Assembly: GCA_039621445.1 (NCBI GenBank) | Contig: CP154954.1 | Span: 24,502,954-24,566,953 of the forward strand | Direction of reading: 5' to 3' | Origin: Euglena gracilis | Taxonomy: Eukaryota | Length of the DNA stretch: 64,000 nucleotides | Shown: positions 47,675-60,697 of the stretch, piece after piece | Layout: each line of letters opens with the position of its first letter | Numbering within the stretch: the first letter of the stretch is position 1 | The notes under the pieces: generated by a model | The model's input: the letters and a program-made list of their open reading frames with translations, nothing else | Told to the model about the DNA's origin: nothing | Databases searched by the model: none | Made by a program: the position numbers and the translations under genes

Positions 47675-49041
47675 CACCTAACGTGCATTGCCTCACCCCA
47701 GGCTATACCTCTCCTCGCAGCGACGCTTGCTGCCCCCCACACAACGTCCCGTCTGTGGTTGGGGGCAGGGGCCCTGCACCTGTATATGGTGACACGCTCG
47801 TCCCTCGTATTCATTCTTTATCGCCCCGCGCATGGTATATCCCTCGCGTGCCCAACTTCCACAGTTGCCGATTGGTTTGAAGCACTCTCGTCGACCAATA
47901 GCACAGCTTTTCATGAATTGTGCAATATTCCAATCCCGCAAAAATCACAACCTCATGTTCTCAATGCACAACATGGATCACAACATTGTTTGAGAATGTC
48001 GACATTGTTTGGAATATCCAGCTGCAAATGTTTAGCATTCAGGTCAGTGAGTGTGCAACAGCAAGGATTCCTCTAGCGGACGTCTATGAGGCAAGCCTTC
48101 CTTCCCAAGGAGAGTTGATTACCGACCTCCCACCCCTCCTTTCCCTAAGGGAGGGATCTCAGGACCCCTCCGCTCCATGACAAAGGGCAGGGGGGGGGGC
48201 TATTTTTTGGCCTTTTTTGCCGAATTTGGCCCACTTTGGACCATTCTGAGCCACAGTGGGCTATTTTTGAATCATTTGGGCCACTGTTGGCTATTTTTGG
48301 TCATTTTTGGCTACTGTTGGCGATTGTTTTTCATCTCATCAACTTTTTTTGGGGGGGGGTCATCTCGCCATTTTCTATCGCAGAATCGGAAAATGCAAAA
48401 TATTGCCGTTTTTGCCTTGTTTTTGACCATTCCTTGCCCACTTTTTTTGACTATTTCTGATCACGATTTTGCCCACTTTTGGTCATTTGAGATTATTTTC
48501 TCCTGCTTTGGGCTAATTTTGGCTATTGTGAGGCACTTTCTTTTGGCATTTTTTGGTGATTTTTGGCCATTTTTTGTTGTTGTTTTTTTTTTGCCTTTTT
48601 GGGCACGCCTTTGTTGGATTCGACTGGGTGATGTAGGTATTAGAGTGCATGCGGAATCATGGCATGTGGGAATTGGAGCGGATGTGGAATGCTGGTACTG
48701 GAGCGGACGCGATTACTGGAGCAGATGGGGATGTGGCTACTGGAAGCGGCGGATGCGGCCATTGAAGCGGTTGTGGCCACTGGAGCGGATGCGGCTACTA
48801 GAGCAGGCTTTTGCTTAAGGGGTTGCAGTGGGGGGGGCTGGACTGCAGCTAGTCCAAATTTGGCTATTTTTCTAGCAGGCCCCCCGGGGGGGGTCTGCTA
48901 GCAGGGCTAGCTATTGGAAACTTTTTTCCCAGTGACCGGCGCGAAGCACCGTAAATTTTTTTGGGACCCCAAAAAGTGGCTAAAAATGCCCGTTTTTGGC
49001 CATTTTTGGGAATTTTTGGAACAAAATCAGCCAAAAACCTA

Positions 49042-49208
49042 CCTACCCCCCCCCCGGGAAACTGTCATGCCCGAGAACCTGTCAGGGTCCCGCCCGGGAA
49101 ACTGTCAGGGTCCCCGGTACCGGCCAACCTGTCATGATAGGAAGTTGTCAGGGTCCCCGGTACCGGCCAACCTGCCAGGTGACAGTTTCCCGGGGGGGGG
49201 GGGGTAGG
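49042..49208. mobile_element. TA-target MITE, CTGTCAGGGTCC family; second copy at 52115-52278
   Basis: TA|CCTACCCCCCCCCCGGGAAACTGTCA ... TGACAGTTTCCCGGGGGGG..GTAGG|TA; empty site AAAAACCTA|TTAAAAACCTC in the inverted host copy at ~44070-44100. Confidence 0.9.
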
Positions 49209-49767
49209 TATTAAAAACCTCAATTTTTTTCCAGTTGGGGGGACCCCCCGGACCCCCCCCCGGGGTCTAGCTAGTCCACTTTTTCCAGTGTCTAGCCGAT
49301 TGGCTAGCCAGTACCCCCCCCCCCGGGGTCCTTCTAGAGCAGATGCGGTCACTGGAGCGGATGAGGAGATGCAATTCCATGGCTAGATGTGGGACGATGT
49401 GGGGATGCGGGTGCTGATGAAGATGTGCAGATACAGGCACTAGAGCGAAAATAGGGTTAAAATCAGCCAAAAAAGGTCCAAAAGTGACCAAAATTGGTCA
49501 AAAGTTGCCCAAAAGGGCCAAAAGTGGCAATGAGCAACAAAAGCAAAAAGGGCACTATTGAGGACCTCAAAGGCAATGCGGGGCGCTGCAGGGCGATGCG
49601 GGACCCAAAGGGGTGGGTAACCAAAGGTGCTTGCCTCTGGCTCAATAAAACTCTGGCAGCCTCAGAAAATTTTATTTGGTGCAAAGTGCCAAAAATTTTT
49701 GGGAAACGGGGCCAAAAAAAAACACCCAAAAATGGCATTTTCCTCAACCCAAAAGTTTGGCCGAAAG

Positions 49768-51930
49768 CAGGGGCAGGGAGATATTCCGGTCCGGAATAAA
49801 CCGGAATAAACCGGAATAGCGAAAACCGGAATAAACCGGAATAAACCGGAATAACCGGAATAAAAGCGCCAGCCAATGACTTGAAAATTCTGCAAGACAC
49901 AAAGGCAATGAAGGTGAAGTTTGACATATTTTCAGGTTTCAAAATCACAAGAGCAACAAAAGAGCGCAAGCGCAAGCGTAGCACAATCAGCACTTGATAT
50001 TAAGAGCACACCTTTCAGCACTTGATATTAAGAGCACACCTTTAGTTTGCCTGTTTCTCCCCCTGGTTGAATGCATTTTTTTTTGTTTGGATTTTCTCCC
50101 CACTTGTGGGACTGCATTTAGTGAACGTTTGTCCCTGAGTTCTTTCCAAAGGGACATGAACTAGGACAATATGAACACTGATTTTTGGGGGCAGGGATCC
50201 CATTGGACAAAGCGAATCATCCTTCAATCAGGGGATAATAACACTCTTAGGCGGCCTAACTCGTATTTAAGGTTTTGATTTTTGCATTGCTCTTAAGCGC
50301 AACGTTGCATTCTTTTTGAAACCTGGCAGTGAAACCCACCCTTTTGACCCTCTGGTTTCGCGGGGACCCTCCACGGTGACACCACGTGCATCATTTGCGG
50401 TTGTTGGAACCCAGGAAACAGGCCCCTTTGGTGTTTTTAAGCGTGTGCTCCATTTTAGAAAGGTCCAGACCCCCAGGTTTAAACGCCGGGGCACGTGAAT
50501 TTTCCCAACACCCCTGTTGTATCTCCCTCATTTTTGAAGCCTGGACTGTGTTTCCAAGATGGCGCTACATGGGCTAGGTGACTTTTGGGCTGTTTTTTTT
50601 TTTTGCTTGTTAGGCTCTGTGATCTGTGAAGGTTTACCTGCTGAGGTGCTCGTCGGCGCAACAGCCACGCTAATTTAGAATTTTAAGAATTGTATTTCTA
50701 TTGCGCCGTGGAGCAACATAACTCTTAAATTTCCATTCTACATGAGCTTGGTTGTCCAATTTTTGGATGCGTAATGAAACCACATGCTGACGCATGTGTT
50801 ATTATTATCGGTTAAAGCCCCTTTTCCCAAATGCGATTCACAATGCAGAAAAAATATCTGTGCCTCCGAAGTGGTGTGAAACCAGATGGTGTGAGGGCAA
50901 AGCTGTTTTTTTGGTAAGCAATGTTCTTTCCTCAGGTGTGGTTGGCGAGATTGCGCTGAGTGGTGGCTGGTGATTCTGTTGTGTTTAAATTCTACAAAAT
51001 ATCCCGCACTGAAGGATTTCCAAAGAGGTTGTTGTGCGCAGATGCGCAAACCGACCAAAATGTCTGTATTCGCATTTGCGCAAACCAACCATTTGTGCAA
51101 TTTTACAAACACGTCAATTGCAGCTGGCACACATGGCCCTTTTCACAGTTACACAAACGGTTGGTGTGCGCACCGTCCATTTGCCCATTTGCCCGCACCG
51201 ACCACCAAGTTCTCACACAGCCAAGTTTCAGGATATCGCTTCAGGCTTGGGCACGCCTCACCAAATCATTCAGTCGATATCCCAAGTTAATGAGACAGCC
51301 ATTGAAGGCAATCACACCTGCTGGGTGTTGTGTGTATTATATGCTGCGGTGATACCTGCTCTTAGGCACCTTATTTGCCAACGTCCCTGCTTTCATCTCC
51401 ACGTCCTGGGGCACCACATCGCATCCTGTTTACATTTTTTGGGGGTTTTGGGGGTATCTTGTCATTTTCATATAAAAAAATGCAAATGCGCATTTGCGCA
51501 CATCGACAAAGAAAAAAACTCAAGTGCGAGATGTGCCGCCTAAGATCAGCACTCGGCAGGACAATTTTTGAGAAGAAAACAGAAAGCAGTACCAGGGACC
51601 TGCCTCAAGAGAAAACCCTGAGCACCATTTTTTTATCAGCTTATTTTTCCCAAAACGGTGGACGTCTGTTGTGGTGCGGTCTGCACAGCATCTCCAAGTG
51701 CAAAGTGACCACTTGGTGGGGCTGGGCAACCAAGGAATGCATCGCCATTCCTGAAGCCGGGTGAGTGCCTCGGCCCAGTTGTGCTTCGAAAAAATCCTAA
51801 GTCCATTCAGACAGAAATTGACCGGAATAAACCGGAATAAATTCCGGAATAAACCGGAATAACCCGGAATAAACCGGAATAAAACACCGGAATAAAATTT
51901 TTGGCCGACCGGAATATCTCCCTGCCCCTG
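49768..51930. mobile_element. 2.16-kb non-autonomous CAG..CTG element with CCGGAATAAA subterminal arrays and 7-bp TSD
   Basis: TIR CAGGGGCAGGGAGATATTCCGGTC / GACCGGAATATCTCCCTGCCCCTG; CCGAAAG at 49761-49767 and 51931-51937. Confidence 0.85.
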
Positions 51931-52311
51931 CCGAAAGATGCCAATCCAGCTGGATTTGTATTTTTTGGCTTATTTTTGGGACACCTGCCAGGTCCAGCCG
52001 CCGGGCAGCCACACCCCCCCCCCACGGGGTCAGCAGTGTTTTTTTTCCAGCCAGCACGTTTTCCAGCTGGCCCGTGGGACCCCTGGGTCGTAAGAGAAAA
52101 CACCAAGAAGACTACCAATCCCCCCCCCGGGAAACTCTCATGCCCGAGAACCTGTCAGGGTCCCGCCCGGGAAATTGTCAGGGTCCTTGGTACCGGCCAA
52201 CCTGTCAGTATAGGAAGTTGCCAGGGTCCCTGGTATTGGCCAACCTGTCATGTGACAGTTTCCGGGGGGGGGGGTAGGTACCTGCTTGAGGCGTTGCTCT
52301 CACCTGCACAG

Positions 52312-52797
52312 GCTTTGGTTTGGTGTTCTTGGTTGCTTCCTCCTGCCCCCCACCCCCCCCCACCTCACTCCCTGAGCTGCCAAGTCTGCCTGTGGGGAGA
52401 GGGAGACTGGACCACCTCGGTGACCAGATATTTTTCTTCCGCAGCCCCAGCAGGATCAGCCTTGTCACTTGTTCCAGTTGCATTGTTTGCGTGGGGTTTA
52501 TCAGCGTCCGGTGCAGGTGATTGGGGGGCGTGGCCGTTGCCCCGCGAAGCGGCACGTGAGGCCCCCAGCACTGTTCTGCCCTGCAGCGAAGCAACCCCTT
52601 TCCTCGCTTCGGGTTATATACGGCCAAGCCCTTCCCCGGCCAGGAGCTGGGTGGACCGAGGACACACTGGATGAAAGTCAGCCGGATCTTGGCCTTGACA
52701 GGGAAAGTGTGTCAGGGATTTGGGGGGGGAGTTCCCTGCCTTTGACCATCGAGGGTCCAGCCCACCCTACCTGTCAGGTTTCCACCCCTGGTCCCTG
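52312..52797 (+). other. Exon-like GC-rich segment, possibly part of paralog 3
   Basis: CTCACCTGCACAG acceptor and CAG|GTTTCC donor flank non-repetitive GC-rich sequence, but no single frame is open throughout. Confidence 0.3.
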
Positions 52798-54781
52798 ACA
52801 CTATTTATAAAACGCCTCATAATGATAACCGTTTTCAGAAGTAATCAAAAAGAATGCTCAAATTGCACCTATTGATGATTTACTCTTTATGTGGAACTCA
52901 CTTAAGAGATAAGAGTCCCCTACCATAATCGAGAAAAAGAGGGGTGCATGCGGACACTTCGCACCGTCAATGAAGAGGAGGGGTGACCTTTTTTTTTTGA
53001 GGGGAACATCGGGTGTTTTCTGAGACCAGAGGTGATTATCCCCCCAAGGGGGGGGGGGGCAGTCATGTGCACATACAGAAAAGGACAGAGGCATGATGAA
53101 GGGCAGATTGTGGGCCGTGGCATCTGGTCGCGGAGACCAACGTGGTTCTGGACCCACTCTTTCAATTTTGTTTTCGCTTTGCACCGATAATTTTTTGATT
53201 CAGCTCGTCAGGCTGCAACCCGTCACCTTGAAGGACGGTCGTGGATGGGTTTGTCTGGCTGGGCATGTTGTGCCTTGCTTGTCTCTTATTGGACCGAGTT
53301 GTATGGCGCTCGCCTCTGCCATCACTGCTCACACGCTGACGCAAATAAATTTCAGGGTCGGGGTCAGGCAGAGCAAGTACCCCGACAAAGGCGGGCTTGC
53401 CTCTGTTTTTGGCACCGAAGGTTTTCCGGACCCCAAACTTGATGGCACAGTGTTCTAGTGCATCCCCAATTTCAGCCCTACCCAAATCCCCCCAGTGGGT
53501 GGGTGGAGGGACCCCTCCCCCTCCCCCTCACCGGGCAGGGCAGAAAGGGAAACGGCCTCATGGCCAGGGTGGTGGGTGGGGGGGGTCGACCATCCCCCCC
53601 ACCACCACCTCTTCCCGTTGTTTTGGTGGCACCAATTTTTGGACCCCAAAAAAATTTCCTGGCGCCTTCGGTGCCAGGTGTTTTTTTGACCCATTTTGGG
53701 ATCCATATACGAGGTCCCCCAAAAACCCCCCAAAACCCCATTTTTTCACACCTTCCAAAATATCAACATTTTCTCGAAATTTTGATTTTGGGAGGTTTTT
53801 GATGCAAAAACAACATTGAAAATCAAAAAAAATTCCAAGAGAAAAAATCTCAGTAAAATTGGACTATGCAAAAAATTTGTCCATTTTTTGAGCTTCGTTT
53901 TTTTTTTACCCCCCTCCTAAAAATTACCAACTTTTAACCTGAAAATTTTTGAGATTTTTTTTGTGAAAAAATGTGGTTTTCCATCAAAAAATCATGTATT
54001 TTGGGTTCGTTTTTCAAGAAAAAATCAAAATTTTCCCCCGGCCAACATCCCAGTTGGCCGAAATTGGTGAAAATGCTGTGGTGGGTTTGGGAGGTCGACC
54101 CCCCCACCAGGCCTTCCCGTTCTGCCCTGTCCCCGGGGATGAATGAACCAGCCCAAACTTCTAGCTCCATCCCTCCCCTGGGGTCCTTAAAGTGGCTAGC
54201 AACATGTATTGTTGATATCTTTGCTAATGAATGAACAAATGAACTGCTGAGCAAACCTGTGTGCAAATCATCCTTTGCGTGTTGGCCCCTTCTTGGTTTG
54301 GGCCAACTTTGGAAGCAAGCCGAATGTTGGTTTGCTAATACCCCATCTACCTCCCCAAACCACTGGTGGCCATCTTTTATACATGGAAACAGATGGACAG
54401 CAGGGGAGGGAAATGAAGTTGCATCCCTTGCATATTTTTTGCACAATACTCCAAACTCTAAAAAGTTTGCATTTTTACAAAATAAAGCATTTGTGAAAAG
54501 TTGTTTTTTTTGCAATTTTTGCATATTTTACCTTACCGATTTCGGGGGGGGGGGGCAATTATACAGGCAAATTGCTCTACTCCCAGACAAATGGAAGTTG
54601 CAAACTACACGGTTTTGGCCAATTTTACACAAAAAGTCGTTGCAAAATGAAATATCAGTGTGTGCAAACTGGGCAAAGCAACCATGTCACTTTGCAGGTG
54701 TGCACCACACCTTCTTTTGGTGTGCATTTTTTGTGCATTTTGTGCATTTTTTGGCATTTTTTTTCCTTTTTTTTTTCTTTT

Positions 54782-54817
<36 letters not shown>

Positions 54818-57247
54818 CCAAAAATTGTACAAGACACTGTTTTTTTTTTTTAATGCTTTTATGTGTTCTGTTAGAGAAAAGTCTGAATAATTGTCTGATT
54901 GTCCCAAACATGCACCGTGTTGCACACCAAATGCAGTAAAGTTGCGAACGGAATTTTTCGGAAGGAGATGAAAAGAGTCTTTAAGTCCTCTCCAACATAA
55001 AAGTGCATCTGCATACTGGCATGTTTTGAGGGGCTTTGTTGCATATCCCCCCTTTGCAGACAGAAAGACAGGAGGTGCACGTTCCTCTTTGGGCGGCAAA
55101 CAAATGTGGATCCTCGAAAATTTAGACCCTTCTGCTCCCTCCATTGAGTGTGTTTTATGCTAATTGCTCCTGGGACAACTGAGCACAGCCTCTTTTTAGC
55201 AGCAGCAGTGGCAGTGGCAGTGGTCGAGGTAGATTATTGTAGGGCACATGCATCTCTTTACAGTTTTGCAATTCCCCTCGGAGGGCTGATGCAGCCAGCC
55301 CCAGTTTTGGCCCAGCCCAGATGCAGTGGACCTCCCCGGAGCTAGCCCTGCTGACTCCCAAAAAAAATGACACCCCCAAAATAAGACCACCCAAAATAAA
55401 GACCTCTCCAAAAAGACCCCGCCTGAAGCACTGGGACGGATAATTTTTTCCCTGAAAAATTACCAAAAGCCCCAATTTCAGACACAAAAATGATGAAATT
55501 TTGAAGATTTGAAGATTTTGAAGTGCAAATCAACATACTAAATGTCTATGTGTGCCTATTTACACATTGCACGAAGCGCTGGAGGAAAAATTTTAGTGTT
55601 CAGAGAATCTGAAAATGATGTTTTGGGTTTTTTGGGGGTCAAAAAAAAAATCAGACCCCCCCCCATAAGTCAGTCCCCCTGTTTCCCCTGTTTCCAACAA
55701 CAGACCCAAAAATAAGAACTGGGTCTCATTTTGGGGCAGGTTAGCCAGCCCTTTTTTGCTGGGTCCAGCCCAAGAGTTTTTGGCGTGAAGCGCCAATTTT
55801 TTTTGGGGGGGGGAAATGTTCAAAAATGGCAGAAAGTGGTTTTTTTTTGAGCGTTTTGGGCGTTTTATTGGGAGTGTCAGATGCTCATTTCAGATCGTGT
55901 TCGCAGGTTATTTTGGTATATTTTTCCGATTTCGGCCCAACCTGGCCATCTCAGATCCAGCCAGGATCCAGCCCCCTCCGGGGGGGGGGGGGGCTAGCCC
56001 GTCCAAATTTCCAGCCCCATCCCATCAATCCCCCCTCCAGAGTCCCTAATGCGATGCAGGATAAAGCAGCCTCAGACTCAAACAACTGCCTTACGCGTAC
56101 AACAGGGGACTTTTTAGCCTGGAGGAGCCCACTCTTCGCCCAGCTGGCTGTGCCAAAATTTTTGGAAACAAGGGTCAAACGGGGCCAAAGGATGGTTTTG
56201 GGGGGCGTTACCTCGAAGCGTCGGCTTTCAATTTCCAACCCAACCATCAGTAGGGCTCCGAGCCAAATCCCAACACTTGGAACCCAAGGTATCCCGAATG
56301 GGAGGGTCAGCCAGAGCGGCCCAGGAGCCCCCCATCGATCAGGGCCGCCCAGCTCAAGTGTCGAAATATCAATATTTCACAGTTTGCAGTTCCTTGGGCA
56401 TTTTTTGCACTGCCTGGTTTTTTTGCCCCCCTCCCCCTCGGGCGCTTGGTCCCCTCCTCCTCACATGCAAACTCGGCCCGTTAAAGTTGGTTTTAGGTCC
56501 GTTGCGCATGGCCGCCTAAATTCTTGACATGCAAATTTGGCTCCCATAAATTGGCCCCCTGGCCTTACCTTCAATCCTGGCCTGGGCCAAGCGCCGGGGG
56601 TGGGGTGTCTTCAATCGTGGCCCGGGCAGGCCAAGCGCCGGAGGAATTTCGCAGTTTGACCCTCGCTGGGCCCAGTTTCAGTTGGGGAACCTTTCTTCCT
56701 GGCCCCCCCTCTCCACCCAGCCACTGAATTTTTCCAGTCCCTGAGCTGAACCCACCGAGGGTATTCACTAAGCGATGCCTGACCCTGAAGGGTGGTGATT
56801 TTTTATTCTCCCTGTAAAAAATGTCTGTGTCTTATCCTGCTGTGCTACTGTGGAAACACCGACGAGCGCTATGCGCCTCTGATTGTGGAAGCAGCCAGGC
56901 ACCTATGGCTAAAATGACCCAAAATGACGTTATGATATCCGAGGCACAAGGGTCCCAAAATGCCCCCCCACCCCTGTCCAAGACATACCATGTCGTTGAC
57001 AAACCGTTGTGTCAGTGACGCTTTCAGGAATGTTTCTGTGTCTTGGACAAGGGGTGGGTGGGAAGGGAAAACGAAATTATTGCCTGGATTAGTTGTAATA
57101 CGCGGGAGTTGTTGTTGTCATGAGTGGCAAAAATGGCACGAAATCTGAAAACACGTATTGACCGCCAAAATTGCCGTCAGGAAAAGTTGTGTTCAGCATT
57201 TCTCCCAAAGCTAGCCAGGGTAAGTTGGGTTCAAGGTACCTTCATTA

Positions 57248-57860
57248 CAGGGGGGGGGGGATTGGGCATAGATAAAATTGGTTCCCACAAAATTGGCAGC
57301 ACAAAAAATTGGGGACTTTTGTTGAAATGATCCAGAAATATTTGGGCACCTTCTTCAAAATGATGGGGAAAAAATGGTCGATAAAAATTCTGAACTGAGT
57401 CAAAATCAAACCCATGATCATCAAACCCACACACAGACGTTCCACCACTGAACCATCAGTACGATGGTGACCTCATTGATTATAACACAAAACAGGTTGA
57501 CCCTGCCAATCATTTAAAAAAGATGAACTCACAGATGAACGATTCAATGAATCTCAAATCGCAACAAAATGGAGTGACACAATCCCCAACAAATGTCGAT
57601 GCGTTCTTGTGTTTCTTGCTAGGCACAGAAGGAAGGAGGTGGGGGACAAGGGGGATAAAACGTTCATGGCAAACCACACCGCATCACAGCGCAAGCCATC
57701 CAAGCCAGCTTTGCCTTGAAAAAAACCCCAAATTTTCTTCTTAAAATTGTTCGGAAAAAGTTGGGCACCTTTCTTATTTTCATCCAGAAATATTTGGGCG
57801 ATTTTTGGCCACCAATTTTGTCCGAACCAATTCTATCTATGCCCAATTTCCTCCCCCCTG
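57248..57860. mobile_element. Tc1/mariner-like MITE
   Basis: TA|CAGGGGGGGGGGGATTGGGCATAGATAAAATTGGTTC ... GAACCAATTCTATCTATGCCCAATTTCCTCCCCCCTG|TA. Confidence 0.88.
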
Positions 57861-60425
57861 TAGAGGAGAACACCCCAGTTTCTGGCAGGGAGGGGTCTGT
57901 AACCTTGGATATGGACTCCGACTATGCCTGGCAGGTGCCACCCTAAGGACAATTTGATTGTTGGCCTGCACTGGGACCCAAACCGACCCCTTCCCCCCCC
58001 CTCCGGGGTTGTATATTGACCCCCCCCAAATTTAAAATCCCCCAAATATAAAACCCCCCTGAAGACCTTGAAATCCCGCCCAAATATAAAACCCCCTCTC
58101 CGGCGCGAAGCGACGGAAGGAAATTTTTTTGACAAATTCTCTCCTGAAATCGTGCTTTTTGGCAGACTTGGGAACACTTGGGACTAAAAACACCTGAAAC
58201 CTGCTCCTTCGCCCGAAAGTGAAATTTTTGGACCCCCAAGGGTGGGCATGTTTGTGATTTTGGACCGACCTATAATTGGAGGGGGTTACAATATTCGCAG
58301 CAGAAGGTCTTCTGTCAGGACTTCCTCCCAGGTAGGATTTTTGAACGTGAGTATATCCCTGCTTCCGTCGATACGTGTTCCCTTCTGATGAAATGTTAAA
58401 TATTTATGCACGTTTGATACCTCCCCCCCCCCAGGCGCTTGCCCCCCCACTTCTTAACATGCAAACTTGGCCCCCTAAAGTTGGCCTTTTCTGTAAACTT
58501 TCAATCCTGGCCTTTAGTGAAATTTCTTTCCAGAAAGCCGCCGGGACGACGTTTGTAAACACAAATACTGATTTTTTGGCAATTTTATGAGACTGACCAA
58601 CATCAAAAATGCCTTTTTTGACCAAATTTGCCAAAAATTGTCACGTTGGGGGGTTTCGGGGTCATTTTGGTCGGATTTTCACCAACGATTCCTTGACTTA
58701 TAAGCCAGGTTTTGAATAGTGCTGGCTCTTAATGGGACTTGCGCGCAACGTACGGCCGAAAAAAATTACCATTGCCAATTTTGCATAATTTATGATTTAT
58801 AAAATACACCTGTAAACAGTTTTTTTTTTTGACCCTCCAGAGCCCCGCTTTTGGCCCGAGAGGTTTTTGGTCAAAAAAGCTGGAAAATTTTGTAACTTGC
58901 ATAAAAATTACTGTTAGTTACGGTTTCGGGCAATTTTTTTCGATGTTTCTTGACTTTTTTTGACATAAAAATTACCCAAATCCACGAGTTTCGGGCCAAA
59001 ACCGGGGTGCTGGCGTGAAAATGAGCGTTTTTTGAACCCCCAGCACCCATTTTTGGCCCGAAACCTATGGAGTTTGGGTCAAAAAAAACGGGTCAAAAAA
59101 GGTCGAAAACAATTGAAATTTTTTTGGCCGAAAGGATGTTTTTTGGGCCGGAAAATGAGCGTTTTTCCCCCGCTCAAAAGCAGTTTTTCCAGGTCCGGGA
59201 GGCCTAAAAACATCGTTTTGGGCATCGTTTTGGACATTTTGTCAGACCGACACTTCCAGAAATAATGTACGTTTTCTCGAGGTATTTTCGAAAAATCGAT
59301 GTTTGTGATGCTTGTGGTGAGCTTCACCGGTGAAGTTCACCATTGGTTATGTGAGGGAGGGAAGGTGTCCAGGAACCCCCAATGAAGTTCCAAACAGTGA
59401 GCCTCACCACGGGGGGGGGGGGAGGTCCAAAATGGCCAATACTGCCTTATATCCTAGGCTGATGGCGGCCAGGAGTCCAAGATTCGACGGACAAAACTCT
59501 TTCCAAGCCGAAAGAAACCTTTCGGTCGCCTTCGGGTCGCTGCATTATGGGTGTGGGGCTGGCCTTTGCTTAAGGGTTCGCAGCACCTCCCCGGGGGGAG
59601 GGCTGGATTGCAGCTGGTCCAAATTTGGTTAGTGGGAATTCTAGGTCCCCTGGGGGAATCTGCTTGGCAGGGCTAGTTAGGGAGGGAAAGTTAGGGAAGT
59701 TTTTCCAGTGACCGGCGCCCCAAAATGGCCAAAAATGTCCATGTTTGGCCGTTTTTAAAAAACCTCATTTCCACCTTAGCTGCGCAGCGCCGGTTGGGGG
59801 GACCCTGAACACCCCCTCCGACGTTGGTGTCGTTGGCCCCTTCACGCTCTTAGCATGCAAACTTGGCCCCCCACGGTTGGCCCCCCAGGCTTCATGGCCT
59901 GGGCCAAGCGCCCCGGGGGGGGGGGGGGTATAGCATTGGTTTTGGAGAGCAACCCAGGTTTGGTCGAGATATTTTTTTTTGTGGAAGTGGCCCAAGGGCG
60001 TACTTAGGTGTGTGCCCCCGGCCCCCTCTAGGCTGCAATGCCGTGGGGGTTCCACCGTGTCGCCCATGTTGGCCCCTCCTGTAGCTCTGCAGTGCCTTGT
60101 GCAGCGTCCTGTCCCCCCTCCCTCGCCCCTCACGGTGCGTAGGCTTGCGCTGGTTGGCATTGCTTGCCAACCTGCTCGCAGGCTGTGTCGGCCCGCATTT
60201 GGGAGGTTCTTTTCTTTAAGTTTTATGAAAATGGTCTTTCTGGGCTTCAGACGCCTTCGGCCCCAAAGGCGCCTTGGCCGATGTGCTACCCCCCCCCTTG
60301 AGGGCGCGAAGCGCCGGGATGGTGAAAAATTTACCAGAAAACATATCGAAAACCCCAATTTCAGACACAAAAAAGATGAAATTTGTAAGATTTTCAGATT
60401 TTTGAAGTGCAAAAAAAACGTGGTA

Positions 60426-60697
60426 CCCGCCCCCCACCCCCCTAGTCGTACGACCACCCCTCATTTACGACCACCCCCCCCCGGTCACAGGTTGCAGGTC
60501 ATGGGGGTGTTACGACCACACACCCCGGTCACAGGTTGCAGGTTGCGAAAAATTTAACACCACCTTACCTACGACCGCCCCCTCATTTATGACCACCCCC
60601 CGGTCACAGGTTGCAGGTTATGGGGTGTTACGACTACCCCCCCCCCCCCGGTCACAGGTTGCAGGAACCCGGTCGTACGACAAGGGGGGGGGGCGGG
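60426..60697. mobile_element. TA-target MITE, GGTCACAGGTTGCAGG family (copy 3)
   Basis: TA flanks, TIRs and internal repeats as in 5095-5230 and 19119-19362. Confidence 0.9.
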
